A DNA stretch of 32,000 nucleotides, from assembly GCA_001874365.1 (NCBI GenBank), contig MPDF01000004.1, forward strand, positions 1 through 32,000, written 5' to 3'. This document shows, in pieces, positions 25,971 to 32,000 of this stretch. A model generated the notes under the pieces. That model was not told the DNA's origin, searched no databases, and saw nothing but the letters and a program-made list of their open reading frames with translations. A program made the position numbers and the translations under genes. Origin of the DNA: Gammaproteobacteria bacterium MedPE. Lineage in GTDB: Bacteria > Pseudomonadota > Gammaproteobacteria > Enterobacterales > Psychrobiaceae. Every line of letters starts with the position of its first letter. The first letter of the stretch is position 1.

Positions 25971-28900
25971 TTGCTAAAGTCTCTGTTTCTCATCGCTGCA
26001 ATTTATGTATTTATCAATGGCCATTGCGTTGCCGTGCAGAGTAAACCACTCAATGTCGCAATTGACATTAACTTCGCACCATATTCTTATCTTAATCAGC
26101 AAGGACAGCCTCAGGGACTTATTGTTGAGTATTGGAAGTTGTGGGAGGAAGAACAGCAGATCACGGTTAATTTTCAATTAGTTGACACTGCACATATCAT
26201 TGATGAATCCACGCTTCAATTAAGTGATATCTACACTGGCTCGTTAATTCGTTTCATTCCACGAGAAGACAGGGAAAATTTGTTTGACCCTTTTATTCGT
26301 AACATGCGGTTATATAAGGTACGACACTATAATCAAAACCAGATAAATAATAACATTGGTGTGGTGTCGGAATCGTTAAATACAGTGCAGCTTAAAGCAC
26401 TTGGACGACGCTATGATAATGTTGTTAGCTATCAAACGCTTCCTCAACTATTAAATGCTGCAAAGCTTCATAAAGTGACTGCAATTTATGCGGACACTCA
26501 TCAAATTCACGCGCTTGATCTACATTATAATAATTACCTCATACATGGGGCTGCGCTAATCAACAATGATAGTTTGTTATTCGTTGGCGCTGTAAATTCA
26601 TCAAAAAATAATGCTAGGTCATTCATTAGCATTAGTTCCCGTAGAAGAGATGAGTTGGTTGAAAAATATAATCCCCCCGATATCTCCACAGTTATAACTG
26701 AACTGGAACGAGAATGGCTGACCAATAATGAAATGACAGTCGTGGTTAGTGAACATTGGTACCCTTATAGCTTCTTAACACGGCAAAATGAGTTAATTGG
26801 TTATCACTTAGATATGATGTCATTCATTGGCGAAAACCTTGATATTAAATTCACAGTAAAAACCTATGACAATTGGCAACAAGCGCTGAAAATGACTATT
26901 CAGGGAGATTATGATCATTTGATGGGCGTGACGCCGACCCCTAGTCGAAGTGCTGATTTCAATTTTTCTTCTGTATACCTCTATCGCCCTGCTGAGGTAT
27001 TTTCACTGCAAGACAGCGAAAATATAAACGGTATTGAAGATATTAACGGGCGCACCATTGCCGTATTGGCCGGCGATACTCTGCTCAATTATGTTAAAGA
27101 ACGATTTCCACAAGCAAAATTGCTCTTAGTTAAAAATGATGAAGCAGTGGCCCAATCGGTTATAGATGGTAATGCAGACGCTGGGATCTTGGTGAGTGAA
27201 AGTATTTCAAGTCGTCACCATGATGTCTTTAAAGTGTTGGAGCAGGTATCTGTATCGGGTAATGAGCTTGCCGTTGGTACGACCAAATCGAACATAGTTG
27301 CTGCATCAATCATGAAAAAAGGCGTGGATTCGTTAAGCGCTAGTCAGCGTGAGTTATTATTTGATAAGTGGTTGTCGGAACCGTCATTACACTCGTTGTT
27401 TAATAAGCAAGAGCTATCGTTTATTCGCCAAAACCCTGTATTAGTTGTTGGTAGTGAGCGATGGCCATCTTTAATACATCAGAATAATAATTCGTTTAGC
27501 GGCGCATCAGCTGCCATATTCAACACATTGAGTAATATGATTGGAATTGATTTTGTTTTACTTAATGATGAGCACTCGGTGCTCCTTGATGCGTTAAGCA
27601 AAGAAGGTGTTGATTTAATTGCGAGTCCATCATCTTATACAAAAAATAACGAGGATGGGGTTAGTAAACAACATTATCTATCAATGGGGCTGTCTCTTTA
27701 TGTGAATTCACCGAGTGTTACTAAAGACATCTCTGGATTAACAGGTCTAGCAATAGCAATCGATAGCAATTTATTTAATGCACTACCTCAAGATGTTAAG
27801 AGTCGTGACGTTCAATGGCGTGTTGTTGATAATATTCAACAAGCAGTTTCTTTCAGTACAGTTGGTAAAGTGGATGGCGTTTTGGCGAGCCCTGCTTTAT
27901 TAGGTACAGACGAAAACGACGTATTTTCATCATTAAAAAAACATAAGCTTGATATGTTACCCAAGGTAGATTTTTCACTAATATCCAACAACAGCGATTC
28001 GGTATTACAATCTATTCTTCAAAAAGCATTGGTGTATATTCAGCGCCGCAATCAATCAAATTCACATAATGCGGAGGTTGATACGGTTAATATTATTGCG
28101 CGTAAAGAGCCTGTTCCGTTTTACTCTGAGAACGATGTAGTTAAAGGGTTAAGTCATGATTTGTTACAGAGTGTTTTTAGTAGCGCTGATATTAACATTC
28201 AAGAATATACAATGGCGAAGTCTGATATAAGGCAAGAGTTTAGGGATAATGATAAGTATGATGTCATGGCAATGATTGATATGAATGATGACGATTATTT
28301 TTATTCTGACGCTATTATTCGTTATTCTGATGTTGTTGTTTCACGTGTTGAACGTAATTTTTTAATTCAGGAGTTAGCAGATCTTAAAGGAAAATCAGTC
28401 ATCGCATGGGATGGCGCGAATAAAGCACTCGGCGATGAGTATTATGCAATGTTTTCTCCTGAGAATAGACCTGATGATTATCAAGAGTTAGAAGATCAGC
28501 GTCGCCAATTAGAGCTACTTATCGCTAATAAAGTAGATGCCATTGTTATTGATGAAACTATACTTCTTTGGTATATCAATCAAATAGACCCTGACATTTT
28601 ATCGCAGTTAAAAATAGACTATATCATTTCGAAGCCTGTTCCTCGCTATATTGCTTTTAAAGAGCGAGAACTTCGAGATAAATTCAATAAAAAATTGAAA
28701 GTCTTCAAGGACTCAGGAAAGTATCAAGCTGAAGTTAGGCGCTACACCCACGGCGCTATTAGAACGCAATTGCGAATTACAGATCTGATTGCAAATATAG
28801 TGTCACACGCCCTAAAAGATCAAGACATTACAACCCTCAAGATCTTGGGAACGTCATTTGAAAATAGCGATTTTATTGATGCATTGAAGATTTCAGATAA

Positions 28901-31256
28901 ATTCAATAACACGGTATTTTTTGGGCAGAAAACGGGCCAATCACAACGTCAAAGCAGTTCAATTGTCGTTCTAAACAGCCAAGGCTCTGAGCAAGTAGGT
29001 ATGCTTGAAGTTTGGTTTTCTCCATTGAAATTGTCCAGTGCTGTTGCGTCTGGGCAGGCTATTCCAGAGCTTAATAAATTTAGACATTTACCTGACTTTA
29101 GCTTTTATCAATCCGTTTATCGTCGATTAGGTTTAGCGAAACAAAAAATTCGCTTTTCTGAGCAAGAACAGCAATTTATCGCACAGTCTGCACCTATCAA
29201 ATATACGGATACCAATTGGCAGCCTTTAATTTTCAATGATGACGGTACCCATCAAGGCGTTGTTGTTGACTACTTAGCATTAATCGCTCGTAAGACGGGA
29301 TTAAAATTTGAATATACGCCTTCTAAAACATGGACTGAAGCAAAACAAAAGTTTATCCATGGAGAGGTCGATATTTTGCCATCGACTGGCGATGATGAAA
29401 GTACCATTGGTCTTCAAACAAATCCCTATGTAAAATTTAACTTTGCGATTGTGAAGCAACAACAAAATGGCTATATCGGCAGTATTAAAGACATTGAGAA
29501 AGAACGTGTTGTGGTCATTGAAGGCTTTACACCTGCATCCTTTATCGAAAAGCAATATCCACATATCGATTTACATTTCGCACCGTCAGCTGTAAAAGCG
29601 TTGTCGATGGTTGAAAGGGGAGAAGCGGATGTGTTTGTTGGGCATGCTGCTGTAGCGTGGCATTACGTGGTTAATCAATTTCCAACATTGAAAGTGGTTG
29701 GTATAACCGATAATAACTATGCCCACCGCATTATGGTTCAATCAGACAATACATTGCTATTTGATATCCTAGCTAAAGCTGTTGATGATATGGACTATGA
29801 CGAAACTGCACTCATCCGCAATAAATGGGTCGATAAATCAAGGGCAGTTAGAACAGATTATACTTTGATTTTTAACATTATTCTTGGTTTTAGCCTAATG
29901 TTACTTATCGGTTACTTTTTTATGCGTCAATTGTTAATGAAAAACCAGCTCATTGAAAAAACAAATCATCGTCTAAATTCAACAATCGATGATTTGACCC
30001 AAATGCAGCAAGCCTTAACATCCAAAACTAAAGCCCTGCAAGAGCAAAAAGAGAATTTTGAATCCTTGTTTAGCGATGCTACATTGGGCTCGTTGCTTAT
30101 TCAATCGGGGCGAATTGTTGATTGTAATAATGCATTAATTACTTTACTTGACTATGAAGATAAGAACGACTTACTTTTTTTATCCATTGATGACTTTTCT
30201 CCTTCAGAGCAACCAAATGGGGTTAATTCAACCCAACAAGTTATTCAGTATTTGAAGCAATGTCTAAACGATGGCACGGTCTCATTTGAATGGTTATTAT
30301 TAACTAGAAAAAAAACGTTGTTATGGAGCAATGTGGTATTAACCAAGATGAGAATGAATAACTCAGATGTTATTCATGTAGTCGTCAGTGATATTAGCGA
30401 TCGAAAAACGTTAGAACAAGAAATATTAACCCATAATCTCGCCTTGCAATCGACAAATAAAGAGCTTGAGAAATCATTAGCTGATTTGAATACGGCGCAA
30501 AGTCAGCTGATTGAATCTGAAAAGCTAGCCAGTTTAGGTGAATTGGTCGCTGGCGTCGCTCATGAAATCAATACACCTGTTGGAGTCGGTATGACGGGAA
30601 TTTCTCACTTTTGTCGTATCACCCAAGATATTAATGAGCGTTACAGCCAGAAAACTATGTCAAAAAAGGACTTTGAAAATTACCTTGAACAAGCTGCCAG
30701 TGTTGCTACCCTTGTGCTTAGAAACCTTGAAAGAACAGCACAGCTCGTCTCTAGTTTTAAACAAGTTTCTGTGGATCAAACCAGCGAAGAACGGCGACAG
30801 TTTGATATTAAGGAGTACGTCAACGAAATATTGATTAGCTTAAGTAATATCCTGAAAAATACGACGCTTGATATTCGGGTTAATTGCGCAGACGATCTAA
30901 TGATCTACAGTTACCCTGGTGCATTTTCACAAATACTGTCTAATTTAATTATTAATTCTAATATTCACGGCTATCCCAATAAGGAATCTGGGGTGATTAA
31001 TATTGATATAACAGTTGATAAACAGACTTTATTTTTGACTTATCAAGATGATGGTAAAGGCATTCCTGAAAAGAGCTTACCAAAGATATTTGATCCCTTT
31101 TATACGACTAATCGTGAAAACGGCGGCAGCGGCCTTGGCCTTAATATTATTTATAACATTATTACTAGCCAACTCAATGGAGTGGTCAAGTGCGAAAGTA
31201 CTTATGGTGAGGGAGCCACCTTTTTAATTTCTTACCCAATTGAGCTTATTAGATAG
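25971..31256 (+). CDS. Orphan sensor histidine kinase: signal peptide, about five tandem family-3 solute-binding (Venus-flytrap) modules, TM, PAS, HisKA/HATPase
   Basis: TTG start 9 nt after GAAGG. Clear SBP3-like modules by eye at about aa 245-470, 710-930 and 1065-1290, with more degenerate ones at about aa 25-235 and 475-700. Single transmembrane segment at aa ~1297-1318 (nt 29859-29924). PAS-like region before the H-box (GVAHEINTPVG, His at nt 30561-30563). N-box (LSNLIINSNIHG) and G-boxes (DDGKGIP, GGSGLGLNI). No receiver or HPt domain. Confidence 0.85.
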   Translation: MLKSLFLIAAIYVFINGHCVAVQSKPLNVAIDINFAPYSYLNQQGQPQGLIVEYWKLWEEEQQITVNFQLVDTAHIIDESTLQLSDIYTGSLIRFIPREDRENLFDPFIRNMRLYKVRHYNQNQINNNIGVVSESLNTVQLKALGRRYDNVVSYQTLPQLLNAAKLHKVTAIYADTHQIHALDLHYNNYLIHGAALINNDSLLFVGAVNSSKNNARSFISISSRRRDELVEKYNPPDISTVITELEREWLTNNEMTVVVSEHWYPYSFLTRQNELIGYHLDMMSFIGENLDIKFTVKTYDNWQQALKMTIQGDYDHLMGVTPTPSRSADFNFSSVYLYRPAEVFSLQDSENINGIEDINGRTIAVLAGDTLLNYVKERFPQAKLLLVKNDEAVAQSVIDGNADAGILVSESISSRHHDVFKVLEQVSVSGNELAVGTTKSNIVAASIMKKGVDSLSASQRELLFDKWLSEPSLHSLFNKQELSFIRQNPVLVVGSERWPSLIHQNNNSFSGASAAIFNTLSNMIGIDFVLLNDEHSVLLDALSKEGVDLIASPSSYTKNNEDGVSKQHYLSMGLSLYVNSPSVTKDISGLTGLAIAIDSNLFNALPQDVKSRDVQWRVVDNIQQAVSFSTVGKVDGVLASPALLGTDENDVFSSLKKHKLDMLPKVDFSLISNNSDSVLQSILQKALVYIQRRNQSNSHNAEVDTVNIIARKEPVPFYSENDVVKGLSHDLLQSVFSSADINIQEYTMAKSDIRQEFRDNDKYDVMAMIDMNDDDYFYSDAIIRYSDVVVSRVERNFLIQELADLKGKSVIAWDGANKALGDEYYAMFSPENRPDDYQELEDQRRQLELLIANKVDAIVIDETILLWYINQIDPDILSQLKIDYIISKPVPRYIAFKERELRDKFNKKLKVFKDSGKYQAEVRRYTHGAIRTQLRITDLIANIVSHALKDQDITTLKILGTSFENSDFIDALKISDKFNNTVFFGQKTGQSQRQSSSIVVLNSQGSEQVGMLEVWFSPLKLSSAVASGQAIPELNKFRHLPDFSFYQSVYRRLGLAKQKIRFSEQEQQFIAQSAPIKYTDTNWQPLIFNDDGTHQGVVVDYLALIARKTGLKFEYTPSKTWTEAKQKFIHGEVDILPSTGDDESTIGLQTNPYVKFNFAIVKQQQNGYIGSIKDIEKERVVVIEGFTPASFIEKQYPHIDLHFAPSAVKALSMVERGEADVFVGHAAVAWHYVVNQFPTLKVVGITDNNYAHRIMVQSDNTLLFDILAKAVDDMDYDETALIRNKWVDKSRAVRTDYTLIFNIILGFSLMLLIGYFFMRQLLMKNQLIEKTNHRLNSTIDDLTQMQQALTSKTKALQEQKENFESLFSDATLGSLLIQSGRIVDCNNALITLLDYEDKNDLLFLSIDDFSPSEQPNGVNSTQQVIQYLKQCLNDGTVSFEWLLLTRKKTLLWSNVVLTKMRMNNSDVIHVVVSDISDRKTLEQEILTHNLALQSTNKELEKSLADLNTAQSQLIESEKLASLGELVAGVAHEINTPVGVGMTGISHFCRITQDINERYSQKTMSKKDFENYLEQAASVATLVLRNLERTAQLVSSFKQVSVDQTSEERRQFDIKEYVNEILISLSNILKNTTLDIRVNCADDLMIYSYPGAFSQILSNLIINSNIHGYPNKESGVINIDITVDKQTLFLTYQDDGKGIPEKSLPKIFDPFYTTNRENGGSGLGLNIIYNIITSQLNGVVKCESTYGEGATFLISYPIELIR

Positions 31257-31403
31257 CATTTCATAGTGATAGTTAGTACTTAGTTTTCTTCATTATTTGA
31301 CTCCTAATTCAGTGAAAATACAGTTTAAATTACCATTCAAAAAATACTTTCCCATTAACTTCATATGCTTGCTTAAAATAGCGTGTTTTAGCCTGTTTGT
31401 TCC

Positions 31404-31432
31404 TTGACGATCGTTGCACTTAACCCTAGAAT
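31404..31432 (+). promoter_or_regulatory. Sigma-70 promoter of the dcw cluster (Pmra equivalent)
   Basis: TTGACG (31404-31409), a 17-nt spacer, then TAGAAT (31427-31432). It sits 66 nt upstream of the mraZ ATG. Confidence 0.55.
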
Positions 31433-31440
31433 AGTTTTTT

Positions 31441-31464
31441 GTGGCATAAAGTGTCATAAAGTGG
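31441..31464 (+). promoter_or_regulatory. MraZ operator: three direct repeats with 10-bp periodicity
   Basis: GTGGcataaaGTGTcataaaGTGG lies immediately downstream of the -10 box. This matches the known arrangement of three MraZ-binding repeats spaced by 5 nt at E. coli Pmra. Confidence 0.55.
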
Positions 31465-31497
31465 TTTTTTAGGGAATAAATAGGATAACGAACATTT

Positions 31498-31956
31498 ATG
31501 TTGCGTGGAACAACTGCAATTAACCTTGATGCAAAAGGACGACTGACGATGCCAATGAGCTATCGTGAGTTAGTTTCTATCGCAGGTGAAAGTAAGTTGG
31601 TGCTCACTATCGATATTAAGCGTTCTTGTTTGTTGTTGTACCCTTTAGCTCAATGGAAAATTATCGAAGAGAAACTATCACAACTCTCTGATTTTGATCC
31701 TCAAGAAGCGACGATAAAACGCTTAATTCTTGGTAATGCAAATGATTGTGAAATGGACAAGAATGGTCGAATTCTGCTTCCTGCACCATTGAGAACCCAC
31801 GCCAACTTAGAAAAAAAATTAATGTTAATAGGGCAAGTGAATAAATTCGAGATATGGTCAGAGACTGATTGGCAAGCTCAAGTGCAAGCTGATTTAGCGC
31901 TGGCAAAATCTATCGATTTTTCACAATCAACTCGATTAAAGGAACTGGCACTGTAA
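31498..31956 (+). CDS. mraZ: Transcriptional regulator MraZ
   Basis: 152 aa, colinear with E. coli MraZ (LRG....LD.KGRL..P..YRE, CLLLYPL..W..IE.KLS.LS, DKNGRILLP..LR.HA.L.K...L.GQ.NKFE.W). Confidence 0.95.
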   Translation: MLRGTTAINLDAKGRLTMPMSYRELVSIAGESKLVLTIDIKRSCLLLYPLAQWKIIEEKLSQLSDFDPQEATIKRLILGNANDCEMDKNGRILLPAPLRTHANLEKKLMLIGQVNKFEIWSETDWQAQVQADLALAKSIDFSQSTRLKELAL

Positions 31957-31959
31957 ATT

Positions 31960-32000
31960 ATGACTCAACAATTCTCCCACATTACTGTGCTTTTAAATGA
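31960..32000 (+). CDS. rsmH: 16S rRNA (cytosine1402-N4)-methyltransferase, 5' end truncated by the window edge
   Basis: ATG 3 nt after the mraZ stop. MTQQFSHITVLLN matches the conserved RsmH N-terminus (H.(P/T)VLL.E) and the conserved gene order. Confidence 0.7.
   Translation, partial: MTQQFSHITVLLN

Noticed and set aside
24710-30834. Track ORFs 24710-24973(-), 25974-26177(-), 26534-26725(-), 29301-29564(-) and 30634-30834(+) within the GGDEF and kinase genes
   Set aside because: They are shadow ORFs in AT-rich coding sequence. None has an RBS or a recognisable family.
31661-31906. 81-aa minus-strand ORF inside mraZ
   Set aside because: It is antisense to a gene colinear with E. coli MraZ.
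1-32000. Search for CRISPR arrays, tRNA/rRNA genes, IS elements, integrases, phage or known defence-system genes
   Set aside because: I saw no repeat-spacer periodicity, cloverleaf-like sequences, transposase/integrase/recombinase motifs or defence hallmarks (nucleases, STAND NTPases, TIR, Sir2 and similar). The window appears to be core chromosome.

Overview
This window looks like ordinary chromosomal core DNA from an AT-rich marine gammaproteobacterium (gene content resembles Alteromonadales; this is an impression, not a search result). It is densely packed with about 27 protein-coding genes plus two edge-truncated ones. Left to right: glyA (serine hydroxymethyltransferase) divergent from an XRE-cupin regulator; polB (DNA polymerase II); a TerB-like gene and a J-domain gene flanking a hairpin-rich 390-bp spacer; a Bcr/CflA-type MFS exporter; metC with MetJ boxes; miaE; an HDOD protein; raiA/hpf; a pqiA(split)-pqiB-pqiC envelope lipid-transport operon followed by a glutaredoxin-fold gene and a CvfB-like S1 RNA-binding gene; a TraB/GumN protein; an SPFH (band 7) plus Arc-type ribbon-helix-helix (RHH) operon; an S46 dipeptidyl peptidase; mmsA divergent from a LysR regulator; a GGDEF cyclase; a small YjfB-like gene with a near-consensus sigma-28 promoter; a 1761-aa orphan histidine kinase with about five tandem periplasmic solute-binding modules; and the start of the dcw cluster (Pmra, MraZ boxes, mraZ, rsmH 5' end). 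I found no rRNA, tRNA, CRISPR array, transposase, integrase, phage gene or recognisable defence system. I cannot point to a clearly novel multi-gene system. The items most worth a second look are the giant multi-module kinase, the SPFH-Arc operon with a repeated palindromic operator candidate, the structured spacer between the TerB-like and J-domain genes, and the FliA-promoter-driven micro-gene. All protein assignments come from motif and family recognition by eye. No searches were run.
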